Below, piece by piece: positions 1 to 9,409 of a stretch of 64,000 bases of DNA. The stretch comes from a virus. The notes below the pieces were generated by a model, which was not told the DNA's origin, ran no database searches, and was given only the letters and a program-made list of their open reading frames with translations. A program made the position numbers and the translations under genes. Every line of letters begins with the position of its first letter. Position 1 is the stretch's first letter. The stretch lies in IMG/VR virus record IMGVR_UViG_3300023179_007063, positions 33,088 to 97,087 of that record. One strand, written 5' to 3'.

Positions 1-2036
1 TGTACTATCAGAAAGTCGTACAAATCTGATGGTTTATTGACAATACTTGTAGTATCTATCCCTGACATCGACGTGTTGTTCTGTATCGCTTCCTTGACAA
101 CTGACCTTGAGTCGGTATCGTTCAAAGAAGTAGTAATATCAAAAGATATGTCACGTGTACCATCAACGTTGATGGTTGAAGAAGCTGAGCCTTGATCTAT
201 TGTAACAGACTTAACCGACTTGGCCAATCCTTCGACGTCTCTGTGCGGAGTTCTAATCGTTGCAATGTTAGAAACTGTTAGAAGTGCACCAGATAAATCG
301 TGTAAATATGCATTGTATTCTAGGTAGCCTTTGCCAGCCAATGAGCTTACATCGTCTGCCACAGTTAGACTTCCCGCTGTCTTTGAGTCAGTAGTTCCAC
401 TATATACAACGACTCTAGACGAAGCCCGTGTAATCTCAGGATATGCGTCTGTCACTGAGGTCTCCGGAAATGACCTTCGCTTGATGACTAATTTTGCATC
501 GCTTGGAATTCCATACACGTTTATGGTAACACTGTTACCCATAGCAGAAGCTCGAGAGTAAGAAGGAACTATTACTAGCTCAGAGAAGTAAGAGTACCCG
601 CGGCCGACGACAAAGTCTCTGTATTTCTTCGACTCTTGCCCTTTGTCGTCGACTGCTATTACTCTAACTAAGCCTAGCTGTGTTTTGATACTATAGAGGC
701 CGCTTTGCTTATTTTGAAGTGATCCTACAAACTCATATCGAGCACCTGCAGCTGCTTTTCCAAGGGACTTCACATACACATTGAACTTAGAGACTCTGCT
801 GCTTTCTCTCTGAAAATATTTTGACGACTGATACGGGCTTCGCTTTGCTAGTCCATCGACAGATATTGAAAAAATACTCTTGTCTTGTGCGGGATATGAA
901 AGACTTGCATTCGGCTCATACTGCATAGACTCGAAAGAATCTATTAGACTGTCTAGCGACACATCGATGGACTTTTTCTGTGTATACGGTTTGTTTCCGC
1001 TCGTGATTGGCTTTCCTGGTGCTTGATTCCAGGCGTATACTGAAATTCTATAAGTACTTGACTTATTTGGTATCTTGACTCCTGAGACAACAAGAGATAT
1101 ATCGACTTTTTGTTTAACGTTCTTGCCGATAACGACATTGTACCTGTCGTCATAGGGTCCATCAGGCGAGTCGACAAAGCAGTATTTTGTCATTCCACTG
1201 AGAACTCTGTTGTTTCTTGTCAAAGCTCTAAAAGAATTAAGCATGCCGAGGTCGTAAGCCGTGCTTACACCATAAGTCATGTTCATGACTTGAGATGGCG
1301 AAGCGTCTACTGGGCTGGGGGACTCAAGAGTTGCTTTGTTGAGCTCTATCGCTGTGCTATCTTTGAGACTAAAAGACACCTGAGGTCTGAATGGTGTCTG
1401 GTCTACGCTGTTGATTGTTGGTCTCGTAGGAGAGATCAGACTCTGAGCAAAGTTATTAGAAGTTGTTACTAGCCTTGGAGATGTCCAATAACTGACAGAT
1501 GCGTCTCTGACAGTGTTCCTTATGTCGTAATTGCTTTCATGGACTGTCTCGTACTTTTTATCAAGTACTTCGGCGCCTGCAAGAGCTCTCTTTAGCAGCT
1601 TTTCCCGTCCCGGGCTACCAGAAGCAGTCTCATATATCCCCTGGTATGTATCCGATAGACCTTGCTGCTTCAAAGAGTTGGCATCGTGAGTTGCAAGAAT
1701 GCTATTTGCGGCCGCGGCCGCAACCTTATTTATCTGCACCTCTCGGGGCGTGAGACGTCTCTCTATCTTAAGCGTCACATTCGTGAAACAGAGGTTTGTA
1801 GGTGGGTTTATTGGGTCATGGTCGATTCTTCCGACATCTTTTATCGGTTGACCTTCATTGTAATAGTAGTAACCATTCCACAAAAAATTATAGCTTGGTA
1901 CTTTGAAGCTCACGTCAAGGTCGACAGTCTGTAGCGTCTCATCGTAGTCTCTGATACTGAGAGCAGTTTCTTCGCTCATCTCTATCGCGCCGTGATTAGT
2001 AGCTGAGTCTTTGCTGTTCTTTATGCTGCTTGTCAT
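1..2036 (-). CDS. Large hypothetical (probable virion structural) protein, partial; runs off window start
   Basis: Hand translation from ATG at 2036 (MTSSIKNSKDSATNHGAIEM...) is open over the first ~350 nt and the last 60 nt in the same frame. Absent from the ORF track, consistent with no stop in the window. Follows the 2047-3576 gene with a 10-nt gap. Confidence 0.7.
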   Translation of the reverse strand, partial: MTSSIKNSKDSATNHGAIEMSEETALSIRDYDETLQTVDLDVSFKVPSYNFLWNGYYYYNEGQPIKDVGRIDHDPINPPTNLCFTNVTLKIERRLTPREVQINKVAAAAANSILATHDANSLKQQGLSDTYQGIYETASGSPGREKLLKRALAGAEVLDKKYETVHESNYDIRNTVRDASVSYWTSPRLVTTSNNFAQSLISPTRPTINSVDQTPFRPQVSFSLKDSTAIELNKATLESPSPVDASPSQVMNMTYGVSTAYDLGMLNSFRALTRNNRVLSGMTKYCFVDSPDGPYDDRYNVVIGKNVKQKVDISLVVSGVKIPNKSSTYRISVYAWNQAPGKPITSGNKPYTQKKSIDVSLDSLIDSFESMQYEPNASLSYPAQDKSIFSISVDGLAKRSPYQSSKYFQRESSRVSKFNVYVKSLGKAAAGARYEFVGSLQNKQSGLYSIKTQLGLVRVIAVDDKGQESKKYRDFVVGRGYSYFSELVIVPSYSRASAMGNSVTINVYGIPSDAKLVIKRRSFPETSVTDAYPEITRASSRVVVYSGTTDSKTAGSLTVADDVSSLAGKGYLEYNAYLHDLSGALLTVSNIATIRTPHRDVEGLAKSVKSVTIDQGSASSTINVDGTRDISFDITTSLNDTDSRSVVKEAIQNNTSMSGIDTTSIVNKPSDLYDFLIV

Positions 2037-2046
2037 CGATTATCCG

Positions 2047-3576
2047 TCATAGGTTCGTAGACTGCTGAGAATAAATCAGAGTAAACATGTTGATGAATAC
2101 TGATGTGTTCATCTTATCCAATAGTCGCTTGCCTAAAAAGAAGACGCGTAAGTTCGTTCCATCTGGTGACTTTATGCTTCCGTAGTCGACCATGTCAAGC
2201 TTGTTAACAGTGTGTACTGTTCCATCAGATACGACTTCGAAAAACTGGCCGAGAAGTCTATTTCCAAGAGAGGTCTGGTCGAAAGTTATCGATGACTTGC
2301 TAGAAGGTCCGTACTTATCTAGCCTAGATTTCAGGCCGCCGTCTCCTGTAAACTGCATCGGTGTGTTTCTACCAAATGCTGGGTAATTTCCTAGTAGATA
2401 GCTGCTAGCGAGTGTTGCAACTTCGGAAACGGGACTATCGAGTAGTGCTGGGATGTCAGTCTTGCTGTACTCTCTCGATGTTAGCTTCTTGAATTTTGCT
2501 CTAAGCGATCCTTCATCTGTCTTCAAGATCGGCGGCAAGTATCGATACTCGGGCAAGTTACTAAACTTATCGTCTAAAAATATCGAAGGTGATATGTCGA
2601 CATCACTTCTTTCAATGGCAGACTTATACGCAGGAGGTATGTTACTTAGTGAGAAAGAAACGGTATTAGATGACAGAGTAAAATTCTGATCGTTCTTCTG
2701 AAAGTCTATGGAGGCCAAAGTCTTAAGTCCCAAGAAGTTGTCAAAAGAAGCCGTAAGTTGGCCAGAAATCTGTGACAAGAATTCGTCTCCGACTATCTGT
2801 TCCTCAACTCTTCTACCTCCTGAGACAGTATCGAGGAGTGAGAACTGATCAGATTTAAGCTGCCCGAGATATTGAAGATTGATGTTGCCTAGACCTGGAT
2901 AGTCGAAGAAGACGTAGCTTCCCTGGGTGGTCGTGAAGATCTTGGGTCCTGCACCTGTGGATGCAGACATGGCATTTATTGCATTGCTGATTCTAGTAGC
3001 AACAACGTCGGATGACGGATCGTCTGAGACACCTATCGTGGAAATATACGGGCCGTTTCCCGGAAATGTGTTTGCTGGGTCTTCAAAAGTCAGAGGTATG
3101 CGGCTAAAGGGATCGAAAAATATACTAGCGGTGACACCGCCAACTGGATCTGAATATATGAATCCGTCAGATGTAGAATATTCAACGCTCTTAATGGGGG
3201 TTGTTAACAGTCGAGGCTTGTACTGATACTCTGAAGTCAACATCTCTCCGCCAACAAAATTTCCGACAGTGAAAGCACTCTTCATCGAAGGCATAGCATT
3301 GCTGAAGACAGAAGCGTCGGGATTGATAGACTTAATTCCTCCACCGCGTGTGTCTGTCTCAAACACGATCCTGTCTTGAGGAAGATTGCATGCCTCGAGA
3401 TAGATCTTTCCTGCAGGATCAATGTGACCATCAGCAGCGTCTGGCTGGTAGACGACGTCGGCATCTGTAAATGTCACGTACTTTATCTGAAAACGGTCTT
3501 CCGAAAGCTGTCGCCTTCCCTCGACAGTGAAGACCGCATCGATTACACGTGACTTTGGATCTAAGATTCCGCTCAT
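2047..3576 (-). CDS. Conserved jumbo-phage hypothetical/structural protein
   Basis: 509 aa. N-terminus MSGILDPKSRVIDAVFTVEGRRQL...FQIKYVTFTD resembles a recurrent large-phage structural-gene N-terminal motif (from recall). Confidence 0.55.
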   Translation of the reverse strand: MSGILDPKSRVIDAVFTVEGRRQLSEDRFQIKYVTFTDADVVYQPDAADGHIDPAGKIYLEACNLPQDRIVFETDTRGGGIKSINPDASVFSNAMPSMKSAFTVGNFVGGEMLTSEYQYKPRLLTTPIKSVEYSTSDGFIYSDPVGGVTASIFFDPFSRIPLTFEDPANTFPGNGPYISTIGVSDDPSSDVVATRISNAINAMSASTGAGPKIFTTTQGSYVFFDYPGLGNINLQYLGQLKSDQFSLLDTVSGGRRVEEQIVGDEFLSQISGQLTASFDNFLGLKTLASIDFQKNDQNFTLSSNTVSFSLSNIPPAYKSAIERSDVDISPSIFLDDKFSNLPEYRYLPPILKTDEGSLRAKFKKLTSREYSKTDIPALLDSPVSEVATLASSYLLGNYPAFGRNTPMQFTGDGGLKSRLDKYGPSSKSSITFDQTSLGNRLLGQFFEVVSDGTVHTVNKLDMVDYGSIKSPDGTNLRVFFLGKRLLDKMNTSVFINMFTLIYSQQSTNL

Positions 3577-3633
3577 TTAGTCTCAGACTCTCTTCATATT
3601 CAAATATACGTCGATGAGCGAGGCGTGACCGCT

Positions 3634-5016
3634 TTATAGAATCTTAGATGCAAGCGTTGCGAGGTCGCTTCTCTCTCCCTTGAGGAGAGTGATGTGTCCT
3701 GCAATGTCGTATTCTTTGAACTTTTCAACGGCATAGGTAAGTCCATTGGTGAAAGTGTCAACATGAACGTTGTCGATCTGCTCGATGTCTCCTGTCAGAA
3801 CTATCTTCGTTCCTTCACCGGCACGTGTGATGATCGTCTTGAGTTCGTGCAGCGTCAAGTTCTGAGCCTCGTCAATCACTATGAAAGCGTTTGGAATAGA
3901 CCTACCACGAATGAAAGATATGGCCTCGATCTCTAGTAGACCTCTTGACTGTAGAAGCTCAAGGTAGGGATCATGAAATCCAGTAGCACCTTCCTCTGTC
4001 TTCTTCTTTCTAATATTCTTATTCTTTCGTGAGGCACCAAGCAAGAATTCGAGACTGTCTCGTATCGGAGAGATCCAAGGCTCCATCTTTTCTTCCAGCG
4101 TACCAGGTAGGAATCCGATGTCTCTACCGACAGGCTGAACAGGGCGTGACACGATTAACTTCTGATATCTCTGCTGATCGCCGATCGACTCAAGCTGCTC
4201 GAGTCCTGCGGCCATTGCAATCAGAGTCTTGCCACAACCTGCACGACCTGTGAGAGTCACGAGTTTGACGTCTGGGTCCATCAGAAGATCGATAGAGAAC
4301 TTCTGCTCTTTGTTCCTAGGGAATAAGCCAAAGACTTTTTCGATCTTTTTCAAGGGCATCAGACGCCCATTCTGAAAGCGAGCTAGAGCTGAGCTATTTG
4401 TGTTACCTTCACCATCGACGTTCTTGAGGACTACTATCTCATTCGGTAGAACACACTTGTCTGTGACGATCGTAGCTTCAGGACAGATACCTGCATAGAA
4501 GTCTTCGATGACGCTAAGGTCCGTAATGATAACTTTTACGCCCGTATACAGCGTCTCTGTACTGTCCGCTACTTTCATAGAAAGGTAGTCTTGAGCAGAT
4601 ATTCCAAGGGCAGAGCACTTTATTCGAACGTTGATGTCCTTGGACACGAGGATGACGTTGGGATCAACGTTCTTCCTGTATCCATCGACAAATCCAAGAA
4701 TCATGTTATCAACGGACGTCGTTGACTTCAGCTCTGGTGGGAGACCCATGGTGTACTCGGGGCCAGATGACAATATTCTAAGAATTCCACCGGAAGGAAG
4801 CTTCACACCTATGACAGCGTCGCGTCCTGCAAAGAGGTCATCCAGAGACCGATTGACTTCTCTGCAGTTTCTACCAATTTCGTCCGATCTGCTCTTGTGT
4901 TTGTCTAGCTCTTCAAGTACCAACATCGGAACGATGAGGTTATTGTCTTGAAAGTTATTGAGACACTTAGGATCACTGAGAAGGACATTCGTGTCCAAGA
5001 TGAAAGTTTTTGTCAT
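3634..5016 (-). CDS. phoH: PhoH-family ATPase with N-terminal PIN domain (PhoH2/YlaK type)
   Basis: PIN motifs ILDTNVLL, EELD, VDNMIL, VSKDINVRIK; Walker A GRAGCGKT; GFLPG, RGRS, DEAQN, GDIEQID. Confidence 0.93.
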   Translation of the reverse strand: MTKTFILDTNVLLSDPKCLNNFQDNNLIVPMLVLEELDKHKSRSDEIGRNCREVNRSLDDLFAGRDAVIGVKLPSGGILRILSSGPEYTMGLPPELKSTTSVDNMILGFVDGYRKNVDPNVILVSKDINVRIKCSALGISAQDYLSMKVADSTETLYTGVKVIITDLSVIEDFYAGICPEATIVTDKCVLPNEIVVLKNVDGEGNTNSSALARFQNGRLMPLKKIEKVFGLFPRNKEQKFSIDLLMDPDVKLVTLTGRAGCGKTLIAMAAGLEQLESIGDQQRYQKLIVSRPVQPVGRDIGFLPGTLEEKMEPWISPIRDSLEFLLGASRKNKNIRKKKTEEGATGFHDPYLELLQSRGLLEIEAISFIRGRSIPNAFIVIDEAQNLTLHELKTIITRAGEGTKIVLTGDIEQIDNVHVDTFTNGLTYAVEKFKEYDIAGHITLLKGERSDLATLASKIL

Positions 5017-5076
5017 GAATTATGAGACGTCTTTGAACAAGAAGATCTCTAAGCACAATTATACCATCTAACACCG

Positions 5077-5346
5077 ATGAGTACTGACAAAATAGGAAAG
5101 AAGCATCTACCCGTTGTAACGGGAGTCAAGTGTTATGAGGCTGTTGACAGACAAGGCTTGCCTTGCATGAGAAAGACATGTCAACAGTGGATCGAATATC
5201 CACAGGAGAAGAACTGTGTAGTGCTAACAACACAAAAAGGCCCACTGACCTTGCGAGAGATTGGCAAGATCTATGGACTCACTAGAATGAGAATCTGTCA
5301 GATTGAAAAGAATGTCTATCAGAAGATAAAGAAGCACATTCTTTAA
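5077..5346 (+). CDS. Small protein with sigma-70 region 4-like HTH and Cys-rich N-terminus
   Basis: LTLREIGKIYGLTRMRICQIEK matches the region 4.2 consensus TLEEIG..fgvTRERIRQIE; four Cys upstream. Confidence 0.8.
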   Translation: MSTDKIGKKHLPVVTGVKCYEAVDRQGLPCMRKTCQQWIEYPQEKNCVVLTTQKGPLTLREIGKIYGLTRMRICQIEKNVYQKIKKHIL

Positions 5347-5717
5347 GCAGACTTCTTGCCAAACTTCTTCTTTGGCTTGTCTTGAGCAACTTCAGTCGGC
5401 TCATGCGTCTCTGGTTGCACGGCTTCTAACTCAGAGGTCGTCTCGGTGATAGTTGCGGCTGTTGATTCTTCGACTTGTACTTGAAGATCAGGTACTGTTA
5501 CTTCGACTTTTTCTTCGCCTATTTTAACAACAGGCGGCGTTTGTGCAGAAATATTTTTTATCTCTGTAGCAATCTCTACTTTTTCTTCAGCAGAAGTCGA
5601 AAGAATAGCCTTTTGCTTGAGAGGCACAAGTCCGCTCTTTCCTGCGACATATGCCGCTTTGGGATCGAGATTCTTCTGTGCTAACTCTCTTAGTATCATC
5701 TGGTGTTGTCTGCTCAT
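5343..5717 (-). CDS. Hypothetical protein with acidic/Thr-rich low-complexity tail
   Basis: Start moved to MSRQHQ at 5717 (AGGAG upstream); Lys-rich C-terminus. Confidence 0.6.
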   Translation of the reverse strand: MSRQHQMILRELAQKNLDPKAAYVAGKSGLVPLKQKAILSTSAEEKVEIATEIKNISAQTPPVVKIGEEKVEVTVPDLQVQVEESTAATITETTSELEAVQPETHEPTEVAQDKPKKKFGKKSA

Positions 5718-5748
5718 AATTGTATGTATCTCCTGGCTGCAAATATAG

Positions 5749-5786
5749 AACGAGACCCAGCATGCCAAGAAGCATGGGGTCTCGTT
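5749..5786 (-). terminator. Stem-loop just downstream of the Hc1-like gene (possible terminator/processing hairpin)
   Basis: AACGAGACCC...GGGTCTCGTT inverted repeat with inner CATGC/GCATG pairing; weak U-tract. Confidence 0.5.
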
Positions 5787-5789
5787 GTG

Positions 5790-5999
5790 TCACTTCTCTG
5801 TCTTGTTAGCCTTGTCCGTCTCAAGGGTGAGCTTGACAAGCTCCTTGGCAACGCCTTGAAGGTGGCGAAGACCCTTGCGTGCGCGTACGCCGGCAGCTGC
5901 TACGCCCTTCTCACCATTCTTCAAGACGTCAACCTCAAGAGCCTCTACGAGAGACTTGAGCTCAGACCACTTTGTAAGTACAACACTTGAATCACTCAT
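5790..5999 (-). CDS. Histone H1-like Hc1-family protein (short form)
   Basis: 69 aa; LKSLVEALEVDVLK.GEKGVAAAGVRARKGL matches the Hc1 N-terminal motif (KGNKAAGxRAR); AGGAGG RBS. Confidence 0.75.
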   Translation of the reverse strand: MSDSSVVLTKWSELKSLVEALEVDVLKNGEKGVAAAGVRARKGLRHLQGVAKELVKLTLETDKANKTEK

Positions 6000-6068
6000 T
6001 TGAAAGATAAACCTCCTGCAGGAAATGTAACACAGGCATTAAAGGAGTAAACTATCACTTCACAACTA

Positions 6069-7721
6069 TCACTTCACAAATGAGGCTTTAAAGTCTTCTG
6101 GAAACATGTGAATGCTTCTTGTATAGAACTTGTCCCAATCAGAGTCCAAGATGTAGGAAACAGCATGATCTTTCTCATTCCTAATAGACCTACCGAAAGA
6201 CTGAATGACTGACTTTGCAGTCATATATGGATACCATGACTTATTCTTATCCATTCGCTTCTTGATCACTAGATCTCCTAGGTAAGGAAACGGAACCTTA
6301 CACAAGATCTGAAATCTGGATGCATCGTCGGATAGATCTACGCCCTCCATCATTGATGGGCTCAAGAGAACAGTGTGTTCGGAAGATTCGACATGCTTTC
6401 GGAGAACTTCGTCTCTATTGTTAGAGTCGTGTGTTAGAAGCCTGTTCGACCTAACGTTGTCGATCAGATACTTTGCAACTTTATAGTTTGTCGAATGGAT
6501 GATGCCCTTCTCGGCCGGATGCTTATTAAGCAACATCTTGACAGCCTCAGCCAGGACAGGAAGTGTCTTGTCGATGTTGTCCTTTGACATGCTTCCTACG
6601 GGTATGTAATGGATGGGTCGATTCTCAACAGGAAACGGTGAAGGCATTCGAAGGTAGGCGACTTCATCTGTGGGTAACCCAATGGACTTACAAAACACAT
6701 CCTTGTCGACAACAGTGGCCGACATTAACAAGACTCTTGCTCCGCTCTTGAAGAACACAGACGTACTATAAGGGCCTACATCGATGGGCTTAAACTCGAA
6801 TTTTCGTGCTCCTCTTCTGTTGCCTTCCTGCGGATATGCAATGTTCATCACCCAGTTGTCATCTCTGTAGACTTCGATGAACTGCTCTACCTTACCAATG
6901 TGCTTCTCAAGCATCTCTGCTTGCTTCGAGAACTCTCCGTATCCTTCAATGTCGCCTGATAGCTTTGCCAGGTTCTTGTCGAGGTCCTTCGCATACTTGT
7001 TGAGACTCTTCTTATAGCCTGCTCGAATCCATTCGAACACTGCGGACTGTGAGTCAAGCTTTGGAACCTTACACTTCAAGACGTCGCGAGCAAACTTTTC
7101 AGAGAATGTGACCTCTACGAACTTACCAAGTTCTGTCTCTGTATTGTGGCATTCATCAACTACGAGCAGGGCTCGAGGTTCAAGTTTTCCTGCATACGTT
7201 GTCTCTGCAAGAAAATAAGAGAAATTGGTGATAGAGATAGGTGACTCAATAAAGTCTTGCTTTTCTAGAGCATATAGACAGCTGGTCTTACACTTCTTCT
7301 GAAACTCTGTTCCGTTTAGCTGCTTTCCTAGCTGTGCAAGTACTCTTCGCGACTGTCCGCAAGACTGATCAGTGTAAAACTGACACTTATAGTTAGAAGA
7401 AGACTTGATGGTTCGTATCAGATTCTTACCTGAGGCTGGACCGAAGTCATCCATGTACTGCTCTTGTAGAATCTTCTGTGTCGTGATGACGTATGCACCT
7501 GTCATTAATTCTCCGTCTGCATTCCTAACAGACGGAGCGTGCGCTTCCATGTATCTTGCTACTGTAATACCGATAGCAGACTTGCCGAGTCCAGTACCTG
7601 CTTCTAGTAGAACGTACTTCTTTCCACTCTCATAGGCATCGATAGCAAACTCGATTGCTCGACGTTGCTGGTCTCTCATCTTTGTGAAGGGAAAATATTG
7701 GTCGTATTTGTGAAGCGGCAT
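6069..7721 (-). CDS. DinG/Rad3-like SF2 helicase (helicase C2)
   Basis: Q motif MRDQQ, Walker A AGTGLGKS, DECH, MSAT, EGVD, KVPFP, QSFGRSIR; Cys residues compatible with an Fe-S cluster. Confidence 0.9.
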   Translation of the reverse strand: MPLHKYDQYFPFTKMRDQQRRAIEFAIDAYESGKKYVLLEAGTGLGKSAIGITVARYMEAHAPSVRNADGELMTGAYVITTQKILQEQYMDDFGPASGKNLIRTIKSSSNYKCQFYTDQSCGQSRRVLAQLGKQLNGTEFQKKCKTSCLYALEKQDFIESPISITNFSYFLAETTYAGKLEPRALLVVDECHNTETELGKFVEVTFSEKFARDVLKCKVPKLDSQSAVFEWIRAGYKKSLNKYAKDLDKNLAKLSGDIEGYGEFSKQAEMLEKHIGKVEQFIEVYRDDNWVMNIAYPQEGNRRGARKFEFKPIDVGPYSTSVFFKSGARVLLMSATVVDKDVFCKSIGLPTDEVAYLRMPSPFPVENRPIHYIPVGSMSKDNIDKTLPVLAEAVKMLLNKHPAEKGIIHSTNYKVAKYLIDNVRSNRLLTHDSNNRDEVLRKHVESSEHTVLLSPSMMEGVDLSDDASRFQILCKVPFPYLGDLVIKKRMDKNKSWYPYMTAKSVIQSFGRSIRNEKDHAVSYILDSDWDKFYTRSIHMFPEDFKASFVK

Positions 7722-7766
7722 CAGGAGGACACTACAGTGATGTTGGACAAGATTACACTCATAGCT

Positions 7767-8378
7767 TCATGAGTTATCGCCAATGATCTTATCAACTATG
7801 CCCAGTCTTATAGCCTCCTGCGGCTGTATGTAGACGTCATGACCAACTTTCATGAGTCTCTCTATCTCGTGCCTAGATGATCCCGTCTCCTTCACAATCG
7901 CTTCTATCATCTGGTTCTGTTGACGCTTCATCTCTTTCGTGTCATTTATCACCTCAAAGATGTTTCCGCCGGCGCCGCCGCTGACAGGATGGACCATGAG
8001 ACGCGCAGATCTTCCTATCATCCTGTGCCCCTTGGCACCAGATGCTAGCAAGAGAACACCGGCAGACATCACTTTGCCCAATGCGACCGTATGAATCGGG
8101 CATGGTAAAAACTTGATCGTATCGTAAAGAGTAAACATCTCATCAACAGAACCGCCGTATGTCGAGATGATGAGATGAATCGGCTTGTTGTTCTGTGATG
8201 CAAGGTGAAGAAGCTGTGCTACGACGATCGTGATTGACTGCTCATTGACGTCTCCCGCCAAGACTACAATCCGTGCAGTGTCACCCGAAGCGATGTGCTG
8301 TATCTGAACACCCTCGGGACCTTCATTGTGTCCAGGCGATCGCCTCTTCGCTTCTATCGTAGCTGATGATCTTCCCAT
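7767..8378 (-). CDS. clpP: ClpP-like serine protease subunit
   Basis: ISTYGGSV, GKVMSAG (Ser), MVHP (His), HDVY (Asp), EAIRLGIVDKI. Confidence 0.9.
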   Translation of the reverse strand: MGRSSATIEAKRRSPGHNEGPEGVQIQHIASGDTARIVVLAGDVNEQSITIVVAQLLHLASQNNKPIHLIISTYGGSVDEMFTLYDTIKFLPCPIHTVALGKVMSAGVLLLASGAKGHRMIGRSARLMVHPVSGGAGGNIFEVINDTKEMKRQQNQMIEAIVKETGSSRHEIERLMKVGHDVYIQPQEAIRLGIVDKIIGDNS

Positions 8379-8647
8379 TACACAATCTCCTGTTCAGGGT
8401 CTGGTGGGGTTTCTTCCGAGAAGACTCTCGACACAAACATGTCTTTTCCCTTCAAGTCTGATATGAATTTTGTCACAGATTTCATCTCTTCGACGTTCTC
8501 GATCTCAAGAGACAGTAGATGAATTATCAGCCATCTCTGTCTATCATTGATGCCGAACATGTTAATCTCTCTGACGATCTGTCGAGCTGCATTGTTGTCA
8601 GCAGCCAACTTCTCAGAAGCTGTCTGACCAAAAAACTCAGTGCTCAT
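8378..8647 (-). CDS. Hypothetical protein
   Basis: 89 aa ORF coupled to both neighbours by overlapping start/stop codons. Confidence 0.7.
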   Translation of the reverse strand: MSTEFFGQTASEKLAADNNAARQIVREINMFGINDRQRWLIIHLLSLEIENVEEMKSVTKFISDLKGKDMFVSRVFSEETPPDPEQEIV

Positions 8648-9114
8648 AGTATGACTACCTCTTCTCTTGCAAAGGACTCAACTTTAAAGAAAGTCTCACT
8701 CATAATGACGGCGTACTTGCCTTGCTTCACTCCTGCATCTTCTTCTTGAGCAAGCAGTATGAAGTTTCCCCACTGCTTGTTCTCCAAGATAAACTTTGCC
8801 TGCTCCCAGACTGATGTGTCGACGTTGTTTCTCTCTAAGATGTCAACTAAGTTTGATGGCAGACCAATTTTTATGTCTTCTATCGTTAAGATCGAAGACA
8901 TGTTCTCTCGACCGGTCATTATAGTCGACGTGCATATGTCTGTGATCTTGTGTATGACACCACAGTTGTTACACTGCGCAAACTTAGAAACTACTGTATC
9001 GTCATCGTTGATGACAGAAAAAACTATGAATCTGTGTGCTGGGGGATCGACTCGTCCCTTGAACGTCGGCAAGACGCATCGACATTTAATGAGATGTCGC
9101 TGACCTCGAGCCAT
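8644..9114 (-). CDS. Hypothetical protein, putative Zn-binding (CxC...CNNC...C)
   Basis: 156 aa; KCRC, QCNNCG and DIC motifs; coupled to neighbours. Confidence 0.65.
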   Translation of the reverse strand: MARGQRHLIKCRCVLPTFKGRVDPPAHRFIVFSVINDDDTVVSKFAQCNNCGVIHKITDICTSTIMTGRENMSSILTIEDIKIGLPSNLVDILERNNVDTSVWEQAKFILENKQWGNFILLAQEEDAGVKQGKYAVIMSETFFKVESFAREEVVIL

Positions 9115-9374
9115 TACTTGTTTTTCGCCGTCTTGGATACGGTCTTGTGCTCTGAGACGATGTGATTATCAACTGACTTCTGAAAGACACGAATTGCCTT
9201 CTGATATCCCTCTCCAGCTGAAATTGAAACTAAGTTGACCAGCTTTGATAGCTGATCTTCTCTTATGTCTATTAGACCCGTCTTCGATGCTGTTATGAGG
9301 TTGTTGCTTATTGTGTCTTTCACGCTGTCGATTATCAGCTTGGTGTCGTGTACAATCTTATCGGAGGTCTTCAT
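9114..9374 (-). CDS. Hypothetical protein
   Basis: 86 aa; stop overlaps the next start. Confidence 0.6.
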   Translation of the reverse strand: MKTSDKIVHDTKLIIDSVKDTISNNLITASKTGLIDIREDQLSKLVNLVSISAGEGYQKAIRVFQKSVDNHIVSEHKTVSKTAKNK

Positions 9375-9409
9375 AGCACAATAGTAGGTCTATAGTCAAC
9401 AGTGTAAAC

